DNA of 64,000 nucleotides from Pseudomonadota bacterium (GCA_040388195.1 JAZKCF010000022.1:19178-83177); one strand, 5' to 3'. Positions 39,972 to 53,335 are shown, counted from the first letter of the stretch. The notes: generated from the letters alone by a model not told the origin. Made by a program: numbers and translations.

Positions 39972-40490
39972 ATGGCGCGCAATAAGACCAGTTTACGTGA
40001 GTATCAGGCGGCCGTAGTCGAGCGACTGAGGAGCCTCGGCCAACGAGGCGCGTCGGCATCGTCGAAGCTGGGCTTTGTGGTTCGTGATACGCGATGGATC
40101 ATAAATTTGAACGAAGTGGCTGAGGTCTTGCCGGTTCCGCCCGTAGTACCGATCCCGTTGACGAAGCCTTACTTTAACGGGATGTGTAACGTTCGCGGAA
40201 ACCTTTACGGTGTCGTGGATTTTTCGGCTTTCATGGATAAGGCGCCGATTACTCGCGCTGTTGAAAACAGATTATTGCTGCTGCCCCCAGCGGTTGTTCA
40301 AGGTGCCGCGCTGTTGGTGAGTCGAATGGCTGGATTGCGCAGCCCAGAGGCTTTCGTACTGGCGGATCGAGAACCAGATACTCCCTTATGGGTAAGAAAC
40401 CTCTACCGCGATGCGGAGGGGCATGTGTGGAACGAATTGGACGTCACTACGTTGGCGCAACATGAGTACTTTTTGAATGTCGGCAGATAG
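39972..40490 (+). CDS. pilI: CheW-like coupling protein PilI
   Basis: 172 aa. CheW-like pattern (..VAEVLPVPPVVPIPLTKPYFNGMCNVRGNLYGVVDF..) and its position in the operon. Confidence 0.83.
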   Translation: MARNKTSLREYQAAVVERLRSLGQRGASASSKLGFVVRDTRWIINLNEVAEVLPVPPVVPIPLTKPYFNGMCNVRGNLYGVVDFSAFMDKAPITRAVENRLLLLPPAVVQGAALLVSRMAGLRSPEAFVLADREPDTPLWVRNLYRDAEGHVWNELDVTTLAQHEYFLNVGR

Positions 40491-40565
40491 GCCCTGCGAG
40501 GGTCAGGATGATTTCATTCTGAACAGGGCAGGAACACAAAAACCACGATATCGCTGGGAGTAAAC

Positions 40566-42719
40566 ATGGCATTTAAATTGAACGTGCCGAAATTTGATAA
40601 AGCAATGGCCGGCACCGGTCCAGCAACTCAACAGGGCCGCCCGCTTAGTGCGGGAAATCCTCCTCCTAAGCCCAGTAGTGGGGTAGCCGATATACCCATT
40701 ATTAACGATTTAACCTTTGATAAGCACGGCCGTTATTTGCTTGGCTTGGCGCTTATTCTCGTTGCCCTGACTGCGCTTTCTGTGTACTTCGGCAATAGTG
40801 CCTCTCGAATCATTGGAGCTTATCAGACTGCCGTGGCACAAATGCAGTTCCACTCGCAGCGGATCGCAAAAGCAGCAGACGGCGCGGCGCGTGGTATTGA
40901 ATCTGCTTTCGCGCAGCTTCAGGACAGCCGGGGAAAATTCGAAGGCAATCTGAATGCACTTATAGATGGCGGTGAATTAGCTAGCGGTACCGTGCCTGCA
41001 GTGACTGGAGAAGCGCAGGGTGTATTGGTGGATGTGCAAAAATATTGGGCCTCCTCCGACAAAAATATCTCAGCGGCTGATCGGCTTTCCGTGTTGATGA
41101 CCGCGAAAATCGACTTAATCAATTTAGGTATGAACGTTTCAGCGATTTCCGCGGGCAGTTCTCAATTGGCGGAAATATCTGAGGAGCTAGTAGGGCTTTT
41201 GCAACAGGTCAATTCTTCCACGGCACAGTTGCTTGCTGCGGAAAGATTAGGCGCGTTGGCCCAACGCATGGGACGGGGCGCTAACGAACTTCTAGCAGGA
41301 GATTCTACAAATCCGGAAGTGGCTTTTTTACTCGGTAAAGACGTTAATACCTACCGCGATACGTTGAAAGCTTTGGACGAAGGCAGCGAAGTGTTGCGTG
41401 TAGGTGCTCTCAAGGAAACGGAGAGCCGCGCTAAGTTAGACCAACTCAAGCGTATGTTCCAAAAATTTGCTACCAGCGCTGACAGCATTTTGCAAAACAT
41501 TCAAAAATTGACCTCGGCACGACAAGCCAGCATCGCGTTATTTAACGGCTCCGAGCCTTTGCAAGCACAATTAGGTAAGTTGGAGGAAGTTTTCAGCGAA
41601 GGCGGAAGTTCTATCTGGACGTTTATCGCATTCTTATCCGGCATCTTGGCACTGCTCGTATCGGGCTTAATCGCTTGGGTTGTTATTCTCGATACCGGTA
41701 AACGTTCGAAGATGGTGGAAGAGGAGAATAAACGTAACCAGGAAGCTATTTTGCGGTTACTTAACGAAATGGGCGACTTGGCGGACGGTGACTTAACTGT
41801 GCGCGCGAAGGTGACGGAAGACATCACTGGCGCTATCGCTGACTCCATGAACTATACGATTGAAGAGTTGCGGACCCTGGTAACAGGGGTAAACGCGGCG
41901 TCTACGCAGGTGACGGAAAAGACCCAAGAAGCGCGGCAAGTATCTGCCGAGTTGCTGGCCGCAGCCGAGCGGCAGTCCCAGGAAATTGAAGACACGAGTG
42001 CGAAGCTCCTTGAAGTATCCCGTTCGATCAACACCGTATCGGAAAGCGCGAGTGAAACGGCTAAGGTAGCAGAGCGCTCAGTGGCAGCAGCGCAAAAGGG
42101 GCAGGCAGCAGTGCAAAACTCTATTTCCGGTATGACGGAAATTCGTGAACAAATCCAAGAAACGTCTAAACGTATTAAGCGGCTGGGCGAAAGCTCACAG
42201 GAGATCGGTGAAATCGTGGAACTGATTTCCGACATTACCGAACAAACGAACGTCTTGGCGTTGAACGCTGCAATTCAAGCGGCATCCGCCGGTGAAGCCG
42301 GACGAGGCTTCAGCGTGGTTGCAGAGGAAGTTCAGCGGCTAGCAGAACGCTCCGGCGAAGCTACGAAGCAGATCGGCGCGATCGTGAAGACCATTCAGTC
42401 CGATACGCAAGATGCCGTGTCCGCTATGGAACGCAGTACGCAGGGTGTGGTGGAAGGAGCAAAGCTTTCCGATGCTGCAGGTCAAGCACTGTCGGAAATC
42501 GGTGACGTTTCAAAACAACTTGCTGATCTGATTCTAAACATTTCCAACCAAGCGCAAATTCAAGCATCGGCGACCAATCAGGTGGCAGATACGATGCAGG
42601 GTATTTTGGAGATTACTCGGCAGACGACGGAAGGTACGCAACAAACCGCCGTTTCCATTCAAAACCTTGCTGAAGTTGCAAAGGCACTTAAGAGTTCGGT
42701 ATCGGGCTTCCGTTTGTAA
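40566..42719 (+). CDS. pilJ: Methyl-accepting chemotaxis protein PilJ
   Basis: 717 aa. Two TM segments, a HAMP region, and the highly conserved MCP signalling hairpin [38 protein letters not shown]. Confidence 0.9.
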   Translation: MAFKLNVPKFDKAMAGTGPATQQGRPLSAGNPPPKPSSGVADIPIINDLTFDKHGRYLLGLALILVALTALSVYFGNSASRIIGAYQTAVAQMQFHSQRIAKAADGAARGIESAFAQLQDSRGKFEGNLNALIDGGELASGTVPAVTGEAQGVLVDVQKYWASSDKNISAADRLSVLMTAKIDLINLGMNVSAISAGSSQLAEISEELVGLLQQVNSSTAQLLAAERLGALAQRMGRGANELLAGDSTNPEVAFLLGKDVNTYRDTLKALDEGSEVLRVGALKETESRAKLDQLKRMFQKFATSADSILQNIQKLTSARQASIALFNGSEPLQAQLGKLEEVFSEGGSSIWTFIAFLSGILALLVSGLIAWVVILDTGKRSKMVEEENKRNQEAILRLLNEMGDLADGDLTVRAKVTEDITGAIADSMNYTIEELRTLVTGVNAASTQVTEKTQEARQVSAELLAAAERQSQEIEDTSAKLLEVSRSINTVSESASETAKVAERSVAAAQKGQAAVQNSISGMTEIREQIQETSKRIKRLGESSQEIGEIVELISDITEQTNVLALNAAIQAASAGEAGRGFSVVAEEVQRLAERSGEATKQIGAIVKTIQSDTQDAVSAMERSTQGVVEGAKLSDAAGQALSEIGDVSKQLADLILNISNQAQIQASATNQVADTMQGILEITRQTTEGTQQTAVSIQNLAEVAKALKSSVSGFRL

Positions 42720-42759
42720 GCCCTCTTAACATAGTTCCATAGTCAAGGGGGTTGCCAGT

Positions 42760-45700
42760 ATGCCGACGGCCGGAGAAGAATTTGATATTGGCCCTTTGAG
42801 TTGGGTCAAGCCGGAAATTGAGCTCGCTTTGCGGCGCGCCGATGAAGGTATTAGACGGTTCAGTGTTAACCCGGGCGATCAAGAAATAGCCCGTTCTACG
42901 CTCGCCCATTTGCACCAGGTCAGCGGTGCGCTGTTAATGGTCGGATTGGAACCGATCGCACGGGTATCCGAGGCGGTAGAAAAGCTAATTGAACTTCTCG
43001 GCCATGGCGATATTGCCAGTGGCCCGGAAATCACGGGCGCTATACGCGGCGCCATTGCAGCATTAAGTCATTACCTAGAAGGGCTCATGCGCGGTGATCC
43101 AAATCGCCCGCTATTACTATTCCCGGTATATAAAGGCGTTCTTGCTGCAGGCGATAACCACAATGCCAGCGAAGTTGATCTCTTCTATCCTGATCTATCT
43201 CATCGCCCGAAATTCAGTGATAGCGCATCAAGACGAGTAAATGGCGCCGAGCTTGCTGCGCTGCTAGCTATTAAGCGTACCGAATTTCAGCGCGGATTAT
43301 TAAATATAATTCGCGGCAAAGACCTTCCCCAAAATTTGCAGGGTATGCGTAATGCCCTCGCAACGATTGAGGCGACGCAAACTGCCGGCACGCGCGTGCT
43401 TTGGTGGATTGCGGTTGGTTTTATTGATGGGTTGATTGGCGAATCGAAGCCATTGGGCATCGCGCAAAAGCAGCTATGCGGTCGCATTGATCTACAAATC
43501 AAGCGTCAAGCGGAAGGTGCGGATACTGTTTCGGAACGACTCATTCGAGAGCTTCTTTTCGCGATTGCGTTGATGCCGTCTTCTGGACGCGTGCACGAAA
43601 TCCAAGAAACTTATCGTCTTCATGACTTACTTCCACCGAAGCATTCGGAAAATCCCGAAGATACCCGGGTTAGACATGCCCTGCGCGAGCTCAAGGAACA
43701 GCTTGAGCAAGTTAAAGAAACCTGGATTAAATTTACTGGCGGTCATCGAGGCAGCTTGCCTCAATTTGTCGAAGAAACGACTAGATTGAAGTTGCTCGCG
43801 CAAGGATTCAGTAACGAAGCCTTGCATGCCGTGTTCGCTAAATTAGGTGATGTCGCCAGTGATTTAAATGCTAATCCTCGCGAGCCGAGCGAAGCGTTGG
43901 CATTGGAGACAGCAACAACACTTTTGATGGCTAAAGATGCAGTGGATAATTACTGGCGGCTTGGTTCCAATTTCAAGAGTCTTGCGGAAACCGCGGTTGT
44001 CCGCGTTGCCGCTGCTTTAAAAGGGCAAAGCTTGCCCTCCGAAGGTGGTTCTCAGTTGGCTGATATTTCTCGCACAGCCCAGGAAAAAATGTTGTTTTTC
44101 CAATTGGGGCAAGAAATACTTACCAACCTCAATCATATTGAGCAAGGACTCGACGCGTTCTTTCGCGACCCCGCGAAACGGTCAGATCTGGCTGCCATAC
44201 CGACCTCTATCAATCAAGTGTTAGGGGCGCTTTCAATGCTGGAAAGCGAAGACGCCGTTAACGTATTAAAGGCAAGCCGTTCGTTGGTCGAGAAGTTCAT
44301 CAGCAGTGACGGCCCCGCTAACCTAGAGGATGCGGAACTCACTGCTGAAGCGTTCAGTAATTTGGGCCTCTTCGTTGCCGCGCTTCAACAAGGTCGAGAA
44401 AGGCCGGACGAGGTGTTACACGGTGTATTGGCGCGTTTCAATATCGCGCCGTCACGCCCTGTTCCTCAACCAGAACCTGAGCCCGAAGAAGCCCCGCCTC
44501 TTGCTACCGAAGAAGATTTACAGATTCAAAAACGTGCTATTGCGCAGTTGTTTGAGCGTTGGCAGCATGAACCCGGTCTGACTAGTCGGACAGAATTAAC
44601 CCACGCGTTATCTGCTCTGCGCCAAGACGCGCAGTTGGCTGGACAAGATGAACTTGCTGCTCAAGCGATTAGGGCAATAAATATCGTCGCTGACGCTTCA
44701 AGTCAGTCGGCCTCTACTGTGCGTGATGCTTTTGTTGCGATGCTCGGCGCTAATCTTCTACCCGAGCCACAACCAAGCAAACCTGTGGGAGTGGTCGAAC
44801 CGGAAGCCGCTGAAATTGATGCTGAGTTGCTAGAAGTCTTTCTTGAAGAGGCAAATGAAGTATTGGGTGGTATTGCCCTTCATAGAGACGTTCTTTTTAA
44901 CAACGCCAGCGATCGAGAGGCGTTTGCCGTTGTTCGTCGTGGTTTCCATACATTAAAAGGAAGCGGGCGTATGGTCGGTCTTACCGACTTGGGCGAGGTG
45001 GCTTGGCAAGTCGAACAAGTCATGAATAAATGCTTGCGCGAAGAAAAACCGGTATCTAAAGGTCTGCAACGCTTAATTAGTGAGGCGCATCAATCTTTTG
45101 AGGGCTGGATTAGCACGTTACAAGCTGGTGGCAAGCCGAATGTTGAGGCTGCGGGAATATTCCGTCTTGCTGATCAGCTTAAAAATGATCAAGAGCCAGA
45201 AGACGAGGACGACATACCGCTACCTGAAGCAACCGTAGCGGAGACGTTTGTTGCACCTGCCGATGACGGCATTGCAATGGTGGATGAAACGCCTGCAGTA
45301 CCTGAGATCATAATCGTTAAACCTGTGCAGCCGGCAGCAGAGATCGAGCCTTCTCCTAAAGTAATCATAGGCAATGTGGTTGTCGATCCTGATTTCTTTG
45401 GGATATTTGCCAACGAGGCGACTACTCACGTCAACACGTTGCGACGCGAATTGGCTGCCGTATGCGGAGATCCTCCTCAAGTTGTAAGCCATGACTTCAT
45501 GCGAGCGGCACATACACTGACTGGCATTTGCCGGATCTGTGGATTTACCGAGATTGCCGAGCTTGGATTCGCGCTTGAAAAATGGTTGCTTGAGCGGCTG
45601 GAAAATCCAACGCCCTTTACGCAAGATCATCTAGCGCTGACAGTCGAAGCGTGCGAAGCGCTCGAGAACATGGTTGCTAGCGTGTTGGATCGGCAACCGC

Positions 45701-48462
45701 CGGAAGCGGCGCCGGCGCTCGTTGAGCGCTTGGAAAGCCATTTAGGATATGTACGTAGTGAGCGAAGGGACCAGGAATCCAAACACGCCCTCGAAGAAAT
45801 TGAAGCGCTTGACCTAGCAGTTAGTGGATCACACTTCGATATGGACGTGCTGGAAGAGGCTGGGGAGGATGTATTTCTGCGACCTAGTGAATTTGAAGCA
45901 ATGCGTCTCGATGAAGCGGAAGAGATAGAGCCCGCTGCCGATGAGTTGTTGTCATTTCATGAAGGCCTGACAATCGAGCCGGCCATTCCTGAACCGCAAG
46001 CCACGACGCAGGCGCTACCGACGCCCGTAGAAATTTTGCCCACGGAAAGCACAGTAACAGCTCCGTTTACTACAGCTCAGACCATTGCCCCGCAAAAAAA
46101 TATTGCTGCTCCTCCCTCGGAGGAGCGCCGCCATCAAACAGAATCAAACAAGGACCGGCGTCTTGTTGTTGATGACGTTGATGAGCAATTGTTGCCGGTG
46201 TTCCTGGAAGAAGCGTACGAAATCATTCCAGGCGTCGGTGACGCGGTGCGTTCATGGCGTACTGCGCCCGGTAATAAGGCACCAGCTCAGTTGCTGGGGC
46301 GACACTTGCATACTCTTAAAGGCAGCGCGCGGATGGCGGGAGCCATGCGTGTAGGCGAGCTTGCTCACCTTTTGGAAAATCGCGTCGTTGCAATGCAAGC
46401 GGAAGCACTGCCGACATTAGCTGATTTCGACGCATTGGAGGATGGTTTTGATCGGTTTGCCACCGCGTTAGAGCATTTGAAGAACGGTCAACCAATTGAA
46501 CTGGAGCCAGCCGCCGAGTCTGTTGCATCTTCTGTATCTGATGCATCGGTAAATATTCCCGGGGCGATTGGCGTAATGCACGATAAGCTGTCTGCACCAA
46601 CGCCCCAAGCTGCTGCGGCCACCGCACAGGGTGAAGAAGCGGATCGCCGCCCTGTTTTGCGGGTGCGTTCTGAATTGGTTGATCGCTTTGTTAACGATGC
46701 CGGTGAAATTAGTATTGCTCGCTCGCGTATTGAGGGCGAAATGAATTCGTTCCGCCAAGGCCTTGCGGAACTGATCGAAAACGTAACCAAACTTCGTGCG
46801 CAATTGCGAGAAATCGAAATTCAGTCTGAATCACAAATTCAATCCACTATTCAACATCAACAGCAGGAAGTCGGCGATACCTTCGACCCGCTCGAATTCG
46901 ATCGCTTTACACGGATGCAAGAGCTCACCCGCTTCATGGCCGAGAGCGTGCATGACTTTGTGACATTGCAGCAATCATTGACTAAAAACCTTGATGAAGT
47001 CGATGCGGCGCTAGCTTCGCAATCACGGTTGAATCGTGATTTGCAGCAAGAGCTAATGGCCGTTCGCATGGTGCCGTTGGGTAATTTGACCGATCGTCTT
47101 TATCGTGTTGTCCGCCAGACGGCAAAAGAATTAGGCAAAAAAGCCAACCTTGAATTCAAGGGAACGCGGACCGAGCTTGATCGTAGCGTGCTCGAACAAA
47201 TTATTGCGCCGTTTGAGCATTTACTTCGTAATGCAATTGCTCATGGTATCGAATCACCTGAGGTACGCGAAGCCGCTGGCAAGCCGCCTATTGGTGAAAT
47301 TACTATCGATGCTCGGCAGCAAGCGAATGAAATTGTCTTAACCTTTTCTGACGATGGCGGCGGCATTAATGCCGAACGCGTGCGGCAAAAGGCAGTGGAG
47401 CAGGGATTGCTGCCAGCAGACGAACATCCGACTGAGAGTCAGTTGATTGAATATATCTTCATGCCCGGATTTTCGACGGCGACCGAAATTTCACAAGTGG
47501 CTGGTCGTGGTGTCGGAATGGACGTTGTGAAAAACGCCATTGTGAATCTTGGTGGAAATATTGAAGTACACACAATACTTGGCCAAGGTACGAAATTCGT
47601 TATCACGCTTCCATTGACGCTCGCGGTGACGCAAGTACTTCTGATTCGTGCGAACGGTACTCTGTTTGGCGTGCCCTCGGCGATGGTCGAGCAGGTGCAA
47701 GAATGGAAGATCGCAGAGATCACTGCGTTGCGTGAGAAGAAAGAGGTTGTTTGGCAAAACAACATTTATCCTTTCCACTTACTCAGTAATTTGCTTGGTG
47801 AGGAAGAGCGAACTGGTGAGCCACGTCGTTATTTCCCGATATTACTGCTCCGTAGCGGTGTTCATCGCGTGGCGGTAGAGATTGATAGCATCGAAGGAAA
47901 CCGAGAAATTGTGGTGAAGTCTATTGGGCCGCAGCTAGCCAGACTTACAGGAGTGGCCGGTGCTACCGTACTTGGTAATGGTCAAGTGGTATTGATGCTG
48001 AATCCTGTTTCATTGGCTAGCCGTCAGGAAGGCCCACTATTGGTTCACACAGAGACCAAGGCGGAAGTAGCCAAGAAAGCGCCGCTTGTGATGGTAGTCG
48101 ACGATTCGCTCACAGTGCGCAAGATTACTAGTCGTTTGCTTCTGCGCGAGGGTTATCAAGTTGTTACCGCCAAAGATGGTGTGGATGCTATCCAGCAGTT
48201 ACAAGAATTTATTCCGGATGTTATGTTGCTGGACGTTGAAATGCCGCGTATGGATGGCTTTGAATTAACCCGCAACGTGCGTGGCGATTCACGGACCGCT
48301 CATATTCCGATCATCATGATTACTTCGCGGACTGCGGAAAAACATCGTAATTACGCGTTGCAATTAGGTGTTAACGAATATATGGGCAAGCCCTTCCAAG
48401 AAGATGAATTGTTGACTCACGTGGGCCGGTTTACCGGTCGTGAGGTTAGCGTCGAGAATTAA
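42760..48462 (+). CDS. chpA: Hybrid CheA-type histidine kinase ChpA/PilL (multiple Hpt domains, HATPase, CheW-like, receiver)
   Basis: 1900 aa. Hpt-type motifs: AHLHQVSGAL, FHTLKGSGRMVGL, AHTLTGICRICGF, LHTLKGSARMAGA. Kinase core: HLLRNAIAHGIE.., GRGVGMDVV, GQGTKFVITLP. CheW-like segment, then a C-terminal receiver (VMVVDDS..DVMLLDVEMPRMDG..YMGKPF). Confidence 0.92.
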   Translation: MPTAGEEFDIGPLSWVKPEIELALRRADEGIRRFSVNPGDQEIARSTLAHLHQVSGALLMVGLEPIARVSEAVEKLIELLGHGDIASGPEITGAIRGAIAALSHYLEGLMRGDPNRPLLLFPVYKGVLAAGDNHNASEVDLFYPDLSHRPKFSDSASRRVNGAELAALLAIKRTEFQRGLLNIIRGKDLPQNLQGMRNALATIEATQTAGTRVLWWIAVGFIDGLIGESKPLGIAQKQLCGRIDLQIKRQAEGADTVSERLIRELLFAIALMPSSGRVHEIQETYRLHDLLPPKHSENPEDTRVRHALRELKEQLEQVKETWIKFTGGHRGSLPQFVEETTRLKLLAQGFSNEALHAVFAKLGDVASDLNANPREPSEALALETATTLLMAKDAVDNYWRLGSNFKSLAETAVVRVAAALKGQSLPSEGGSQLADISRTAQEKMLFFQLGQEILTNLNHIEQGLDAFFRDPAKRSDLAAIPTSINQVLGALSMLESEDAVNVLKASRSLVEKFISSDGPANLEDAELTAEAFSNLGLFVAALQQGRERPDEVLHGVLARFNIAPSRPVPQPEPEPEEAPPLATEEDLQIQKRAIAQLFERWQHEPGLTSRTELTHALSALRQDAQLAGQDELAAQAIRAINIVADASSQSASTVRDAFVAMLGANLLPEPQPSKPVGVVEPEAAEIDAELLEVFLEEANEVLGGIALHRDVLFNNASDREAFAVVRRGFHTLKGSGRMVGLTDLGEVAWQVEQVMNKCLREEKPVSKGLQRLISEAHQSFEGWISTLQAGGKPNVEAAGIFRLADQLKNDQEPEDEDDIPLPEATVAETFVAPADDGIAMVDETPAVPEIIIVKPVQPAAEIEPSPKVIIGNVVVDPDFFGIFANEATTHVNTLRRELAAVCGDPPQVVSHDFMRAAHTLTGICRICGFTEIAELGFALEKWLLERLENPTPFTQDHLALTVEACEALENMVASVLDRQPPEAAPALVERLESHLGYVRSERRDQESKHALEEIEALDLAVSGSHFDMDVLEEAGEDVFLRPSEFEAMRLDEAEEIEPAADELLSFHEGLTIEPAIPEPQATTQALPTPVEILPTESTVTAPFTTAQTIAPQKNIAAPPSEERRHQTESNKDRRLVVDDVDEQLLPVFLEEAYEIIPGVGDAVRSWRTAPGNKAPAQLLGRHLHTLKGSARMAGAMRVGELAHLLENRVVAMQAEALPTLADFDALEDGFDRFATALEHLKNGQPIELEPAAESVASSVSDASVNIPGAIGVMHDKLSAPTPQAAAATAQGEEADRRPVLRVRSELVDRFVNDAGEISIARSRIEGEMNSFRQGLAELIENVTKLRAQLREIEIQSESQIQSTIQHQQQEVGDTFDPLEFDRFTRMQELTRFMAESVHDFVTLQQSLTKNLDEVDAALASQSRLNRDLQQELMAVRMVPLGNLTDRLYRVVRQTAKELGKKANLEFKGTRTELDRSVLEQIIAPFEHLLRNAIAHGIESPEVREAAGKPPIGEITIDARQQANEIVLTFSDDGGGINAERVRQKAVEQGLLPADEHPTESQLIEYIFMPGFSTATEISQVAGRGVGMDVVKNAIVNLGGNIEVHTILGQGTKFVITLPLTLAVTQVLLIRANGTLFGVPSAMVEQVQEWKIAEITALREKKEVVWQNNIYPFHLLSNLLGEEERTGEPRRYFPILLLRSGVHRVAVEIDSIEGNREIVVKSIGPQLARLTGVAGATVLGNGQVVLMLNPVSLASRQEGPLLVHTETKAEVAKKAPLVMVVDDSLTVRKITSRLLLREGYQVVTAKDGVDAIQQLQEFIPDVMLLDVEMPRMDGFELTRNVRGDSRTAHIPIIMITSRTAEKHRNYALQLGVNEYMGKPFQEDELLTHVGRFTGREVSVEN

Positions 48463-48493
48463 GAGGGAAGCTTTTTCGGGAAGATATAGAATT

Positions 48494-48535
48494 AAAAAGC
48501 CCATAGCGAAAATAGTCGCTGTGGGCTTTTTATTA
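48494..48535. terminator. Bidirectional rho-independent terminator between convergent chpA and uppP
   Basis: AAAAA-GCCCATAGCGA-aaata..-TCGCTGTGGGC-TTTTT. The stem is 11 bp with one G-U pair, with an A-tract on one side and a T-tract on the other. Confidence 0.75.
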
Positions 48536-48544
48536 TTTATGGGA

Positions 48545-49369
48545 TTATCCCTGCGACCAATTCACGATGCCGGTAAAAGCTGTCGCTAGCACGACAATAC
48601 CGAAAATAATCCGGTACCAGGCAAAGGCGGTGAAGTCATGTTTACTGACAAAACGAAGCAGTCCGCGCACAGCAAAGAATGCGCTGATGAAAGAAGCCAC
48701 GCCTCCTACCAAGAACATTCCGGCATCCTCTGCTTGTAATAACGAGCGGTATTTATAGAACTCATAAAGCGACGCGGCGAATAAAGTGGGTATAGCGAGA
48801 AAGAACGAAAATTCTGTCGCGGCGCGACGCGATAAGCCGAATAACAATCCGCCAATGATAGTAGCGCCGGAACGAGATGTGCCTGGAATAAGCGCGAGAC
48901 ATTGAGCAAGACCGATCTTTAACGCATCTTGCCAGCGGATGTCATCCACTGTTTCAATTCTTACACTATGTTTGCGTTTCTCCGCCCACAATATGACGAT
49001 CCCGCCGACAATAAAAGCAAGCGCAACGGGCACGGGTTTGAAGAGATGCGCTTTAATACTCTTGGCGAAAAGCAGGCCTAAAACTGCGGCTGGCAGAAAC
49101 GCGATAAATAAATTGAAAACAAAACGCTGTGCTTGTTTGCTCGAGTGTAGGTTGAGCACAACTTCGCCGATTTTGCTGCGAAATTCCCAGCACACCGCAA
49201 GTATCGCCGCGAATTGAATAGCAACCTCGAACATTTTCCCCTTCTCGTCATTGAAGCCGAGAAGATCGCCAACGAGGATCAAATGCCCCGTAGAGGAGAT
49301 GGGAAGAAACTCAGTAAGACCCTCGACGATACCGAGGATTAAAGCTTTGACGAGCAGAAGAATATCCAT
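48545..49369 (-). CDS. uppP: Undecaprenyl-diphosphatase
   Basis: 274 aa. N-terminal [18 protein letters not shown] and central [10 protein letters not shown] motifs. Confidence 0.93.
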   Translation of the reverse strand: MDILLLVKALILGIVEGLTEFLPISSTGHLILVGDLLGFNDEKGKMFEVAIQFAAILAVCWEFRSKIGEVVLNLHSSKQAQRFVFNLFIAFLPAAVLGLLFAKSIKAHLFKPVPVALAFIVGGIVILWAEKRKHSVRIETVDDIRWQDALKIGLAQCLALIPGTSRSGATIIGGLLFGLSRRAATEFSFFLAIPTLFAASLYEFYKYRSLLQAEDAGMFLVGGVASFISAFFAVRGLLRFVSKHDFTAFAWYRIIFGIVVLATAFTGIVNWSQG

Positions 49370-49462
49370 GGGAGGCGTGCAGGCAAAGGGCGCATTTTAA
49401 CAGAGCCTCTGCGGCGCCCTGAGTTGATTACAAAACGTTACGAGCGATTTGCGTTTTTAAAG

Positions 49463-50125
49463 TTAAACAATTCCTAGTTCCGAACAAAGCTTAGCCACCG
49501 TCTCCTTTAGTGTTGCCACTTCATTTTCAAGGCGCATGACATTTGCTTTCAATGCAGCTAATTCGCCGACCGTCACATTGTCTTCGTTTGCCGTTAAAGC
49601 GGAAGCAGAATTCGTGGCCGTAAATTCCGGTGTACCGGAAAGCAGATGCGCCCAACGGTTTTCTCGAGAGCCGGGTTGCCGGGGTAGCTCGACAATGAGT
49701 GCGCCAGTTGACCACTCGGCCAACTCATTAAGAAATCCCTCTACTGAAGAGGTATCCGCGAATCGCTGCAACCGTTCACAATTCAACCGCAACTCGGCTG
49801 TTGTTTGCGGTCCACGCAACATTAGCGCAGCCAGTAAAGCAACTGACTCAGAAGGGATTTGCAAAACCCGGCCAAAGTTATGCGCGTAACGCATAACTCG
49901 CCCACCGCTGGATTCGACAATCAAAGACAGCGTTCTCAATTGATCAAGAGCGATTTGGAGATCGGATTCGCTTGCATTGATGACTGGGTCTCGGCTCGTT
50001 TTTTGATTGCAGCCGGCAAGCAATGAATTGAGCGTTAGTGGGTAAGTGTCAGGGACTGTACGTTGCTTTTCGATTAATACACCTAGGATGCGGGTTTCGA
50101 GCAAGGAAAGAGAAGGAAGTGTCAT
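49463..50125 (-). CDS. YceH-like DUF480 protein
   Basis: 220 aa. LLETRILGVLIEKQRTVPDTYPLTLNSLLAGCNQKTSRDPV matches my recollection of the YceH family, including the C-terminal coiled coil. Confidence 0.78.
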   Translation of the reverse strand: MTLPSLSLLETRILGVLIEKQRTVPDTYPLTLNSLLAGCNQKTSRDPVINASESDLQIALDQLRTLSLIVESSGGRVMRYAHNFGRVLQIPSESVALLAALMLRGPQTTAELRLNCERLQRFADTSSVEGFLNELAEWSTGALIVELPRQPGSRENRWAHLLSGTPEFTATNSASALTANEDNVTVGELAALKANVMRLENEVATLKETVAKLCSELGIV

Positions 50126-50198
50126 CTGTGGCCGGAAGGAAAAATAACTTGAGCCACATTCTACTCGCCTTAAAACATTCCTTTTCGGTAGATCGCTT

Positions 50199-51107
50199 TT
50201 AACCTAATGGCATGCAACATTTTTTATACTTTTTTCCACTGCCGCATGGACAAGGATCGTTACGTCCAATCTTTGGCGTTTCTCGATGATAAGGGGCTGG
50301 AAAAAAATACCAAGTGTCGCTGTTGTTTATCAAATCGTTTTCTAGTTCTAGCAAATAGTCTTGTGAATTTTGTCGAAAGCATGCCCAGGAACGCATAGTA
50401 TCCACGGCGTCGGTAATGTAGTGGTAAAAGTCGGGAAGTTCTACCAATGTTGCGTCCTGCCCATTAGCAAGAACTCGTTCGATGTCCGATAGATCGATAA
50501 ACCCCTCGTCCACAGAGTCAGCAGCATAAGCTGCTCGGATCTCTGGCATTAGTTCTTCTGGGTATATCTGAGTGGCTTCGGCGACCCATAGTGCCCACAT
50601 CAAATAATCGGTAGAGCCCAATGTAGATGCTAGCTCTCGTAAATATTCAATGAGCGCTTCACGCCTCATTGCACCTTCTGCAACCAGCGTAACCAAGGCA
50701 CCGATACCTGCGTCACGGACAAACTCGTTAAGAGTCCGATTCTCGATAATGGTTTTGATTGGAGAAATATCACCTCCAGATACGGAGGCGAGGATATTGC
50801 CTAGATCCTCAGTAATCGTATCGCCAATTAATCTCTCAAGTGTGTCCGATGGAAGATGGCAGAGGCGAACTATCGGGAGGAGCGCGCGTTGATCACGAAA
50901 TTCTGCCAACAGATACATGGCATATAAATGAAATATGTACGAATCGGGTTCGTCGAGAATCGATTGTGGATTTTCTGATGCGCGTTCTAGCTCGGCAAGC
51001 AGGATTGGCGTCATCGCTTCACGGTCGGCGATAGCTTGGCCCATTGCATCTAATGGGAAGGCGCCAGTGTTGTATGCGAGCGCCTGCTGGGTTTCTTGCG
51101 GGTTCAT
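50199..51107 (-). CDS. SEC-C metal-binding motif protein
   Basis: 302 aa ending in [17 protein letters not shown] (SEC-C motif). I did not recognise the N-terminal helical domain with confidence. Confidence 0.72.
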   Translation of the reverse strand: MNPQETQQALAYNTGAFPLDAMGQAIADREAMTPILLAELERASENPQSILDEPDSYIFHLYAMYLLAEFRDQRALLPIVRLCHLPSDTLERLIGDTITEDLGNILASVSGGDISPIKTIIENRTLNEFVRDAGIGALVTLVAEGAMRREALIEYLRELASTLGSTDYLMWALWVAEATQIYPEELMPEIRAAYAADSVDEGFIDLSDIERVLANGQDATLVELPDFYHYITDAVDTMRSWACFRQNSQDYLLELENDLINNSDTWYFFPAPYHRETPKIGRNDPCPCGSGKKYKKCCMPLG

Positions 51108-51266
51108 GATGTAATACCGTACAGGGGAAGTATAAAATTTGACCGCGCTAAAAGCGGCTAAGTTTCATATTGGGCGCTTCTATAAATCTACTTTATACGG
51201 AGTGGTGAGGGATGATTTGTACGATAAGACCGTAGGATTTTTACTCCGCTGAGCCGGAGTAGAACC

Positions 51267-51292
51267 CACCAGCCTAAGCTGGTGGTCTTTTA
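51267..51292 (+). terminator. Plus-strand rho-independent terminator with no plus-strand ORF upstream
   Basis: CCACCAGC-ctaa-GCTGGTGG followed by TCTTTT. A second hairpin precedes it, TACTCCG-ctgagc-CGGAGTA (51242-51261). Confidence 0.45.
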
Positions 51293-51318
51293 ACTGAATA
51301 AAGAGATGTAAAGTTCCA

Positions 51319-53326
<2,008 letters not shown>

Positions 53327-53335
53327 TGTGGGTGC

